Shown here one piece after another: positions 1-11,600 of a stretch of DNA of 64,000 bases. The notes under the pieces are model-generated. The model saw only the letters and a program-made list of their open reading frames with translations. It was not told the DNA's origin and did no database searches. Made by a program: the position numbers and the translations under genes. Position 1 is the first letter of the stretch, and each line of letters opens with the position of its first letter. The stretch is taken from the NCBI RefSeq assembly GCF_006345805.1, contig NC_043002.1, positions 115,754,001 to 115,818,000 of the forward strand, given 5' to 3'. The stretch is from Octopus sinensis. Taxonomy: Eukaryota.

Positions 1-199
1 GATACCAACTTACCTGAGACCACCCCTGGTTCTATTATACAACCTTCCTGTTTTAAAATGTTCTAAATTAAAACCTTCCATCAAAATTTTATATCAATTT
101 ATGCTCCTAATTCCAGTTAAATAATGACAAAGTTATTTTCAAAATTAGTTGAAACAAAGGCATTGTATATCAACAGATATATGATAATAAAAGGGTTAA
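1..199. mobile_element. Right end of a probable TTAA-specific (piggyBac-type) MITE
   Basis: Ends AAAGGG|TTAA (190-199), the reverse complement of a TTAA|CCCTTT terminus; the left end is outside the window. Confidence 0.35.
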
Positions 200-314
200 G
201 AGAGAATTTTAAATGAATGCAAGTAAAAAAAAACTGTGATTAGGGACCCAACTATAAAAGCTCAGTACATTTTTAGACATGAAGCAGCAATATTGGGATT
301 GCTTTATTGACAAA

Positions 315-371
<57 letters not shown>
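315..371. repeat. (AAT)19 microsatellite
   Basis: Direct read. Confidence 0.97.
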
Positions 372-373
<2 letters not shown>

Positions 374-901
374 AATTCACTAATGGGAAGAGCTTTCATT
401 ACTCCTACAATATGTGGATTTACATATGCTTGTATACTGAGTTGAAAAGAAGTAACATTTTTAATGTTGAATTGTTCTGAGATTTCATAATGATAAAGTT
501 TATATTGCAATGTCACACATCTTAATAGTTGTTTATTTAATAAGAAAGATTTTGAATTAATCCATCATCATCCTCATTTAACATTTATTTTCCATGCTGG
601 CATGGATTGTAGGGTTTGACAGGAACTGGCAAGCCAGAAGACTGCACCTAGCTCTGTTGTCTGTTTTGGCATGGTTTCTACAGTTGGGTGCCCCTCCAAA
701 TGCCAACTATTTTGCAGAGTGTACTGGGCGTTTTTTGCCAAATAACTGGAAAAACAAGACCCTCTCCACCCAGCAATCTGAGAATGGCATTGAGGGAGGT
801 GGGTTTGTGTCAGATGATGAGAGGTTAGAGTATTGAAGAAGGACAGAAATAGGAGGAGAAACATATCTAGCTCAGCAGGAGCAAGAGAGGAAAGAGAGAG
901 A

Positions 902-1194
902 GAGCAAAGATGGTGAACATGGAGGGTGGGGTAACACATCCCAGCCGAGCTGCAGTAATTTGTCTGGTTCCCAAAGCATCAAGTGCCAAAAATGAACTTT
1001 CTTATCTTCCATTTTCAAGGGTTACAGAATTAACACAGGTTATAGGAACATAAACCTTCTTCCACGAAAAGATAGCTTAAACTATGCTCTAAATGGAGGT
1101 GTAGTCAAATCCTATTTTATGGACTCAACCATGTTCTAAAATAAGTCGAAAGGTAAGCTACTATAAATCGGCAAGAACTTTCCGGACAACCCAA
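902..1194 (-). mobile_element. Truncated copy of internally deleted mariner (same family as 4196-4726, inverted)
   Basis: TIR ctttccggacaacccaa|TA at 1178-1196; its reverse complement aligns with 4196-~4490, including the same deletion junction (MEDKKVHFxHLMLWEPDK). Confidence 0.85.
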
Positions 1195-1300
1195 TATATT
1201 GTTCAAAACAGTTTGATTCAGAATCTGATTCAGACCGTTTTGAACAATACATGTAACTCCCAATAAATATGTAGAGTGCTCTTCCTTTTGTTTGTCCACT

Positions 1301-1379
<79 letters not shown>
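1301..1379. repeat. (TA)n microsatellite
   Basis: Direct read. Confidence 0.97.
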
Positions 1380-1382
1380 CAT

Positions 1383-1686
1383 GCACGTGCCGGTGGCACG
1401 TAAGAGAACCATCCGAACGTCGCCGTTGCCAGTGCCGCCACGAATGGCCTCCATGCCGGTGGCACGTAAAAAGCACCATCCGATTGTGGCCATTGCCAGC
1501 CTTATCTAACACGTAAAAAGCACCCACTACACTCACGGAGTGGTTGGCGTTAGGAAGGGCATCCAGCTGTAGAAACATTGCCAGATCAGACTGGACCTGG
1601 TGCAGCCTTCTGGCTTCTCAGACCCCAGTTAAACCATCCAACCCATGCTAGCATGGAAAGCGATGTTAAACGATGATGATGATGAC
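1383..1686 (+). mobile_element. RTE-LINE 3' UTR fragment with GGTGGCACGTAAAAAGCACC subrepeats and (GAT)n tail
   Basis: Matches the 3' UTR of the RTE copy at 38340-38733. Confidence 0.75.
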
Positions 1687-2012
1687 ACACACACACACAC
1701 ACACATACAATGGGCTTCTTTCAGTTTTCATCTACCAAATCCATTCAAAGGGTTATAGAAGACAAAGCAATTTTTAAAATATCTGATAATGCATTTCCCC
1801 CTCCCTACATTCAAATTTATCTTTTCAATCAAATTTAGCCTCTTTTAAGATGTAAGCTTCAAAATATGATTTGCTGTTTTCTTGCTGCTCAAATTTTCTT
1901 TCGCTGTTAGTATACGATATCTCTGTTAGTATACGATATCTCTTAATGATTATAACGTGATGTATTATTTATTTCTGTTCTGACATTTGTTTCCATCTCT
2001 TTTCACCCACAG

Positions 2013-2155
2013 GATTTGCAATTGAAGGGGGACAATCAGTTCAGTCATATGGTGCTGGCAAAATTCGGCAGTCATTGAGATCTGGATTGGCAAAACACAA
2101 TTTTCCTTTGTACTCACCATTAGAACAAATTCTTATTCGATACATTATGGAGCAG
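2013..2155 (+). CDS. Actin-like gene internal exon (143 nt)
   Basis: tttcacccacag|GATTTGCA...GGAGCAG|gtagtt; encodes (G)FAIEGG...RYIMEQ. Confidence 0.88.
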
Positions 2156-5100
2156 GTAGTTTTTATGTTAATCCTAATTATTGAATTTAATTATCTGGTG
2201 TGATATCAAATCTAATTTAAATATGGTTAATCTACTAATTATCAGATCAATAATTGAATGTCAACAAGGTTAATTATTATCTACTCGGAGAGACTTCTAA
2301 AATTGAAATGTCAAGAAATTTAACTCTACCATTCTCTCTTTGCTATTTAACAGAAGGTAAAGGCACATGACTTAGTGGTTAGAGCATTCGGCTCACGATT
2401 GTAAAGTTGTGAGTTCAATTCCCGGCAATGCGTTGTGTCCTTGAGCAAGACACTTTATTTCACGTTGCTCTAGTCCACTCAGCTGGCAAAAATGAGTTGT
2501 ACCTGTATTTCAAAGGACCATCCTTGTCACATTTTGTGTCACGCTGAATCTCCCTGAGAACTACGTTAGGGGTACACTTGTCAATTGAGGGCTCAGCCAC
2601 TTGCACATTAATTTCACGAGCAAGCTGATCCGTTGATAGCATCAGCTGGGACCCTTGTCGTCGTAACTGACGAGTGCTCCTATAATTTAACAGAAGAGAG
2701 ATACCGTGAATCCATAAAATACTTTACTTCAATAATTAATGCAAATATCTGGTGCAGGTGTGGTTGTATGGTAAGAAGTTTGCTTCTGAACCACTTGGTT
2801 CTTGGTTCAGTCCCACTGTGTGACATTTTGGGCAAGTGTATTCTGCTATATCCCAGGACCTTAAGAGTGGATTTGGCAAATGGAAACTGAAAGCCCATTT
2901 TGTGTGTGTGTGTGTGCGCGCGCGCGCATGTGCGTGCATGGTTGTGTGTCTCCATCACAAAATAGATGTAAATGAGTGTGCTATCATGCAAGCAGTGTTA
3001 TTTCTATTGTCTGTGAAAATATGTCTGGCCCTGGGGAAATATTATCTTACTTGGAAACAGGTGAAAGTTAGTGACAGGAAGAGCCTTCAACTATTGAAAA
3101 TCAGCCTCAAATGAACTCCATCCAACCCATGCAAGCATGGAAAAAGGAAGATTAAAATCTTGGTGATGATGATGATGATCTGACTTTAAAATGCAACTTA
3201 CCTATGACACACTATCATCATCATCATTTAACATCTACTTTTCCATGCTTGCACAAGTCAGATGGAATTTTCATTGAGGCAGATTTTCTATGACTGGATG
3301 CCTTTCCTACTAGCAACTCTCACCTGGGCAAAGCAAGGTAATATTTCCCCATGACCAAACATATTTTCCATGGAAGACTGGAAATGTACACTATAACTTT
3401 TAGGATAGTGATTAATCACATAACAAATGGATCTATTGCACTTCATTTTCATATAACTGATTTTGTATATTGTAGCAATTATTTTCTGCTTAGCAGACTG
3501 GGTTGCACAGTTCATATCCAAATAACTTGCAGATGGAACAAAATTTAAGAAATCAAAGCCTTTTTTCTTTTTCTTAATATCATCTAGTAATCATAAGGTG
3601 GCAAGCTGGCTGAATCGTTAGCATGCCAGGTGAAATGTTTAGCAGAATTTCGTTCATCTTCATGTTCTGAGTTCAAATTCCACTGAAGTTGAATTTGCCT
3701 TTCATCCTTTTGGGGTCAATAAAATAAGTACCATTGAATACTGAGGTCAACTTATCCCCTCCTCCAAAATTGCTAGTCTTGTGCCAAAATTTGAAATCAA
3801 TATTATTTAGTAATCCTATTATTTAGTAATCTTTTGTCCACCCTACTGGGTGGCTGGTGTTAGGAAGGGCATCCAGCTGTAAAAACTGTGCTAAAATAGA
3901 CACAGAAGTCTAGTGCAGACATCTCCTTAGCCAGCTCCTATCAAACCATCCAACCCATGACAGCATGGAGAACAGACATTAAAGGATGATAATGATGATG
4001 AATCACTGACAAAATCTTTAAAGTAATTAACTCAGAATTTTGTGACATAACACTGCAAACCCTCCAGTAGGAAAATAAAAAAAGGACAAAATCTTTTGAT
4101 GGGTAGAAGTTCTGGATGAGGAATAAAGAGGTCTTGGTGAATAATTATCTTCTATGTAAACACTAAAAGCTTTCTTTTTCTCAATTGCTAAACTATTGGG
4201 TTGTCCGGAAAGCTTGTTATAGTAGCTTACCTTTCGACTTATTTTAGAACATGGTTGAGTCCATAAAATAAGATTTGACTACGCCTTCGTTTAGAGCACA
4301 GTTTAAGCTATCTTTTCGTGGAAGAAGGTTTATGTTCCTATAACCTGTGTTAAGTCTGTAACCTTTTAAAATGGAAGATAAGAAAGTTCATTTTCGGCAC
4401 TTGATGCTTTGGGAACCAGACAAAAATTGCTGCAGCTCGGCCGGGATGTGTTACTCCACCCTCCATATTCACCAGATATTGCTCCTTCGGATTTCCACTT
4501 ATTCACGTCTCTGCAGAATAGTCTTAATGGTAAAAATTTCAATTCCTTGGATGACATAAAAAGATACCTTGATGAATTCTTTGCCATGAAACTACCTCAA
4601 TTCTGGGAAGAGGGTATTTTCAAGTTAAAGGAAATTCATATTTGGTTGATTAAAAATGTAATGACAAGTATTTATTGACCTTTTTCTTTCCTTTAAAAAT
4701 TGGCATGAACTTTCCGGACAACCCAATATTAATACTCTATGAAGAAAAAGAAAAGCACATGCATTCCATGAATTTCCTCCAGACTGAAATTATTTTCCAT
4801 CTTTTAATGAAATGTCTCTCTCCATAAACTGTTTAATTAGTAAGTCACAGGTTGTAATCATGCTGGTGATTTCTAAAAAGGATGAAATGCATGATTACCA
4901 CTGACTAGAAATTTTAAGTACTTCATAATAAGTGAATGGAAAATAAAATAGGTGAATTCTATGCGTCTTTTCCTTACAATTCTTCAATTTCAAATCTCTG
5001 GTCCCACCAAATATTATGAAGAAATGTTTATTGCCTTTGTAATAACTGTGACTACTAAGGGAAAAATATTATCTAGAATGTTTCGAAAGATAAGTTTTTG

Positions 5101-8100
5101 ATGCATTAATGAAAGATTTAAATAATAATTCTATAAATATTTTTCAGACATGCTATGTATCCAAAAATTATGAAGAAGAGATACAGAAATATATGCAGCA
5201 GCCAGAAAAGTTCTTGTCATCAGTATATTTAAACAAATATGATATACCAAAAGACACCTATAGGTATTGTATTGATAAATCATATATAATTGATGGAATA
5301 TAAATTTTTAAAAAGCTACTAATAAACTAAAAAGAAAATAAAGAAAGCTTTTAACAAAGCGAAAAGTTTCATAAAAACTTTATATTTCAGGCACAAATTC
5401 CCATCCTGAGAAGGAAGCAGGTCAAGAAATATCCAGTTACATCAGTTTTGTTATTTTATTTAAACTGCTCAACATTAGGGTTAGCAGCAGTAGCAGAAAC
5501 TCTCCAACTGCTAGTACAAGCATCTCTCCAATTGTTGGTCATTGGTGTATTATTGAAAATTGTGTTGGTGGCGTAAGTTATTGTTGTGGTGGATGCCCCC
5601 AGGTGAGAAATGGGCTGGTCCACTGCTAATAAATGGTGGACTGACACGGTCAGTAGTGTCAGTCAGTGAGTTATGCTGTTCGGGGCAGTCTTGTAAAGAC
5701 GGCAAAATACATCATCAAAATGCGGGACATAACAGTTATGATGCTGGTTGTCGTCACCGAGCAGTTTAAATGAAATCAATGTGGTTAGACATTTTTGGAG
5801 CTGCTTCGTTCTGAAGAAGGGTCTTTGCACCTGAAATCTAAAGGTTTTTGTAAAACTTACTGCATTGTTACAGGCTTTTTTATTTTCCTTTTCTTTTTCT
5901 ACTTTTGTACTACAATGCTTCAAGTGAACTACAAAGCTCTTACCAGTAAAATGTCATTTGAAGTTAACTAAAACAAAACATGAAAATATATTTATTAATG
6001 AAATATTTTCCTATCTTCCAGCACCATAAGCCATGATATCAGCTGCTTTGCAAGTCCTGAAGGTTTCTTTAATACAGACCTGTGGGGTATGGACTATCCC
6101 ACAGTCCAAGCCCTGGTATTAAAAGCAATTAATGCATGTCCAATGGATAACAGGAGGCATATGTGCAGGTTGGTAGAAATATTATTCCTCTGTTAGGTCC
6201 AAGATTAATGTTCATGAAATTGATTCAGTATCAATAGATACTGGTTCCTTTTTGTCAGTCCCAAAAGGATGAAACGGTAAACTTTGCTATCTTCCTGTTT
6301 GGGACACATTTAATCTAGAAAAAGATATATTCATGACTTGATAATCCAAAGAAATGCTTACCTAAACTTCTTTTTTGCTCCTCAAGATTGATTTCTGTAA
6401 CAAAACAGTAATTGCAATAGTTTTCTTTAAACCTATTAAATAGTTGTTGTTTTTCTTTTTGTTTGTTTTCTTTCATTTATGAAGTTTTTGTATCCAATTT
6501 TCTTCAGCTTGTGAGTGAGGGGAGGTAACTCATCTTGACGATTGAAAGCTTAAACAAAAATTGTTGAAAAATCTTTTGTAATTACTCAATATCAAACACT
6601 TGGCCTTACTTTATTATTTTTTTTATTTTCCATCATTGATACACAATTAGTAGCTTTAAGAAACAAGATTAAACACTGCTACCAATCTGGAGAAGTGAAC
6701 GTGATTAGGTTTTCATTTCTTTGTTGATGTTAATGTCTCTTGACTTCATATAAATATTTCTACAAATCAGAAACCTTGGCTATTAAATGTCCTCGTTTGT
6801 TTTCTAATTATTTTAGTGGTTCATATAATCATCAATAACAAAAACAAAATACCAAATCAATATTAAAAACTGAAAAAAAAAAAGGCTTTTCACTAAATAA
6901 AAAGTATCTTTTAAAATACTTTATTACTTAAATTGGATTTATAAAGTTTATGCCAAATAAATAGTGGTTTTGTTGGGGTTTTTGTTTTGGTTTTGCTTGT
7001 TTGTTTGTTTTTTCAATTTGGAAAACTGAAACAGGCAGGATGCACAACTCCATTCATAAAAATATAAATGCGTCCTTTTTAAAGCCTAGCCAGGCTCATG
7101 GGCCCGGTTTCCCTGTTTCAATGGTGTATGTGTTCCCCAGCTGGACGGGACGCCAGTCCATCACAGCGTTACTCATTTTTGGCAGCTGAGTGGACTGGAG
7201 CAACGTCAAACGAAGTGTTTTGCTCAAGAACACAACGCATCGCACAGTACAGGAATCGAAACCACAATCTTACGATCATGATGCTGACACCCTAACCACT
7301 AAGCCACACACCCCCATTTATCTCAGACTTATTAATGAATGCCATTCCATACTATTTAATGAGTAATAATCCTTTCAACTATAGACAGAATGTCTGAAAT
7401 TTAGCAGGTGCCTGTTTTAGGGTTAGGCAGGATTAGACAATTACATCGACGTCAGTGCTCAGCTGGTACTTATTTCATCAACCCTGAAAGGATGAAAGGC
7501 GAAGTCAACCTTGGTGGAATTTGAACTCACCAGAAGAAATGCCACTAAGTATTTTGTCCAGTGTGCTAATGATTCTACCAACTAGCCTCCTTTATTTGAT
7601 TAGTAATAAGGATCATCTCCAACTACAAACATCAATACTTGCTGAATACCCTTTTTTCCATAAAGTCAGTTGTGAAGTTAACAAGGGATTTTTTTTTTAA
7701 AGCAAGATGTAAATGCCCTTCCAGGAGTTTAGCATAATGACAGAAGTAAGGTTTGAACCTAAAAACAAATATAATCAGTTCAGTACCTTGACTCCATAGC
7801 CATTATTTCATTTATATACAGATATTTTCTGAATTATCTTAACTGGACATCTGTATTAAAAGAAAACCAAAATTAAATAAATGCAAGTTCCTTTAAACAA
7901 GAGGTTGTCTAGTTTTATTCTTCTTGTGAATATCTTAAACAGAGCTATCTACCTGAGTGGAGGTGTAACAATGATCCCTGGGTTTGCAGCAAGATTGGAG
8001 AAGGAAGTTCAAAAACTAGTCAATCCATCTCTACTTGTGCAGGTAAGATATACAGATCCTTATACTATAACTTGTGAATATAGATTGTGAAAGTGCTTAC

Positions 8101-8629
8101 TACAAACAGTTATTATCAATATCTAAATTTTGGAACAAGGGCTCCAGTTTTATAGCGAAATGAAGTAGTCGTATTGACCATCATCTTCATTTTACATCAC
8201 TTTTACCATGTTCGCATCTGTTAGCCAGGTCTTCTCCAGTACAACACTTCATCATGACTTATGACCCTTCGTCAGTTCTTTCATGAGGTTAACCTTTGAA
8301 GTTAACCTTCACCACCTCATCATGCCTTCCTTGGCTTCCCACTTCAACAGTTTCCACTCACTTGAAATTCTTATCATTTATTCGTACAACTCGCTTCCTC
8401 CATGCACATCATGCCTTCCTGTACTAGTTTAGTCTTTTTTCTTGTTCACGACATTTATTTAAAAATTTTTTTTAACTGTATGTGTTTCATCATACATGCA
8501 CAATAACATTACACATCCAGCATGCTCACCTCATTCCTCTTCATCCTGCACACATCCTCTTCATTCAATGTCCATCTATCACTAGCATGCAACATTTACA
8601 CACAAACATCGCACAATCTACACTTAACC

Positions 8630-8663
<34 letters not shown>

Positions 8664-11600
8664 ATTACTACCCTCTTCTTACTCTGGAACATCCACCTTC
8701 ACTGTTAATTATATCACCTAATTAACACAGTAATATTTCGAGGAAGCTTGTTCTCCCCAACAACAGATGTAACAGTGCTTGAGAAATAAATTTGCAAATG
8801 TTTAGTAGAATATTTGAAAAACTATATTTCTTGTGTTCTTTTACAACCAACAACTACTCTTGCACAAGGTCATCCCTGCCTCTCATCCCTCAACACTTCC
8901 TGTTGGTTATGCTGAGTATTCCCAGTTCCGGCCGACTCCCTTTCTGTATATTTAGATGTGTAATGTTAGTGTACATGAATGAGAGGAAAAAAAGGTGAAG
9001 AAGAAAAGACTAAGAGAGAGAGTCTTGGCTCCTTTCTTTCTAATTTCTTTCTACCTTTCATAGGTTAACTTTCAATTCTAGATTCTGTTTAAATTTTTTT
9101 TTCTAAATCTTCAATAGATTCATCTAGGAGAACTAAGCCATCAGTATATAGAAGGTCTCGCAGACAGCCAATCTTAAACTTCTTATTGGCAGACAGCCAA
9201 TCTTAAACTTGTTATAGCTTCAAGAATTATACTGGACAGTAGGGAGTTGAGAAATGACCCCTAGTGCACACCAACTTGTACATTGAACTCATGACTGAGA
9301 GCTTGGTGCCCTGTCAGCTTCCTCCAGTTCAATAACTGCCAGTTATTCAAGCTTGTCCCTCCATGCTGTGTATATATGTCTAGCTCCTTTTCTAACAACC
9401 TTATATTCTTTGATTCCACTCATCTTCTTCCAATCTGTTAAGGCCATGTTTAATTTAGCATTTCCAACATCATGTCACCTTCCTTCTGGCTGCACATAAT
9501 CTTGCTCGAAGCACAAATCTGGCCTGTTATCTAGTGATCCCATAGAAATTCCCAATTGCCCTCAATTTTAAGTTTTGTCTCCACTTCCTGGAACCTATGC
9601 CTCAATGAATGATCCTCTAACTTTCATACCTTCTGTCTCCAGGTGTCTCGTCTTCTGAATCCTTTTACCTTTGATGTTATTTGTCACTTGCCTTTATGTT
9701 GAGTGCTGCATTCTTCACCAGGGAAAAATATAGTGTTCACAAATAGTTGTCTATCCAGTTTCTTGTTGAATATGAAGTCTACCTGGGTTGGTAGACTTCA
9801 TGTGGCTGGACGGTTGGTTCCCTGAAGTTAGTGTTTCAAATAATTAGGTTATTTGCACTCTTGCAGCACAGCAGTCCAGTCCCTCCCCATTCTTTGTCTC
9901 CTCTCTCTACCTACATGAGAATAGTCCGTGTCCATTAATACCACCAGCTTTGATAATGAAGTCAATCATTTGCTCTCAGAGTAAACTGCAAAAGGACTTC
10001 ACTGAGGTCCTTTTGCTCATCTGTCATCCTGATTGTGGTATATATGCCCAGATAACTATTGCCTATGGTTAATCTAAGCTTAGTTAATGACTTCATCTGC
10101 CAACACCATGCCTACTCCATCCAACCTGTTTGGTTGTGGTTCCCTTTCCACTTACCTCTTTTAGAGCACACATCATGCAATCATTTGATGTCTGTTTGAA
10201 GACTTCCTCCACTAACGTGCACAACATTAACAGTCCTATACATGCAAATAGTTTTGCATTGTTTGTAACTGTAATAATTTTGGCATACCTCTAGTAGCAT
10301 AATGCCCTTCAATTACTAATCACTTTACAGCAAAGACTGGCTACATTTACTCGTCACCAGCACCAGAAAGGATGTCTGTCAGCACTGGACTGTTCGTTCT
10401 CTCTACACTTGTGAGTTTTTATTCAGAGTTACTGTTCTTTCAGATGAGTTTTCTTCACTGCAGCCTTCTCTCCAGGTCTTCTCTGTGCAGATCTTTTACA
10501 TTCAGAGTTACTGTACCAGATGGAGTGTCTTGACTATGGTGTGTTGTTTTATTCCACTCTGTAGAATTTTATTCAGAATTACCACTCATCTCATTAGGCT
10601 GCCCTATGACTTACAGGGCCACACTTCAAAGCAATCATCAGAATTGCACAAGTGATGACGACATAGAAGCTTAGTTACTGAATTAATAGCAGCTGATCAT
10701 ATTTGTCGAAATAAGGAGATAGAACCAATCAACATGTCAACAAGTAGTCTAGATAAATAAAATATTGCTTTAATTTAATCTCGTGTTTCTACCATGTTAT
10801 CCATATACATCAGTGAAATTGCCAATTATCACAATCAATATAGTAAGTACAGAAATAGTGAAACAATCAAATATGAAAATCAAATATCATTTGTAGCTCA
10901 AGCGATCTTACAAAGTAGATGAGCAAGAAAACTTAATTATTGATTACCTAAAAGTAAAAATCAATTCCAGTAAAATATAAATATTAAATAACTAAATACT
11001 GTAGCACTCTATTATATCTGCATACCTCCATTGCATATGTCCGATCTTGGGATTTTTTCTTTTAACAAATCCCTTAGTTAATAATGAGGTGCAGTTCTGG
11101 CACAGTCACAATGTAAAAGGATTTTCATATACAAAATATTTTTACTTCATAGTCTAATAAATCTTAAAGCAACATAAATCCTTGCTTTATTACCACTTAT
11201 CAATCACATTTCATTTTCCATCATTTGCTACATTTCAGTTTTCCTTAAGTGTTAAATATTCATCATTTTACATGTTTTCCATGTTTACATGAGAGGGTCT
11301 TCACCATGAGTCACAGCCCTCTATCTCCTTTCTGAAGTTCAGTGTCATGCAAATCAATCTTCACAATTTCATCCTGTCTTCTTTAGCCTTCTTCTTTCAC
11401 AAGTTCTATCTATAAGTACTTTGTACTAATTTATTTATACAACTGGCATCTTCCATAGGCATGCCATGCCTATACATAGTCTTGTCTTTTACAAAATGCA
11501 GCCTATTAATTCTTCTAGTTTTTCTCTCATGTATTCCATAATACATACACCATTAGCATTACACATTGAAGGTCCATGCTATCATACAACTTTGTGCATC

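Noticed and set aside
1904-1941. 19-bp tandem duplication (ctgttagtatacgatatct x2) upstream of an acceptor; similar short duplications near 9160 and 3800
   Set aside because: Ordinary slippage duplications with no sign of function.
2362-2440. tRNA-like A/B boxes (also 7240-7312 and 53085-53152)
   Set aside because: No complete cloverleaf or acceptor stem; each continues into a SINE body.
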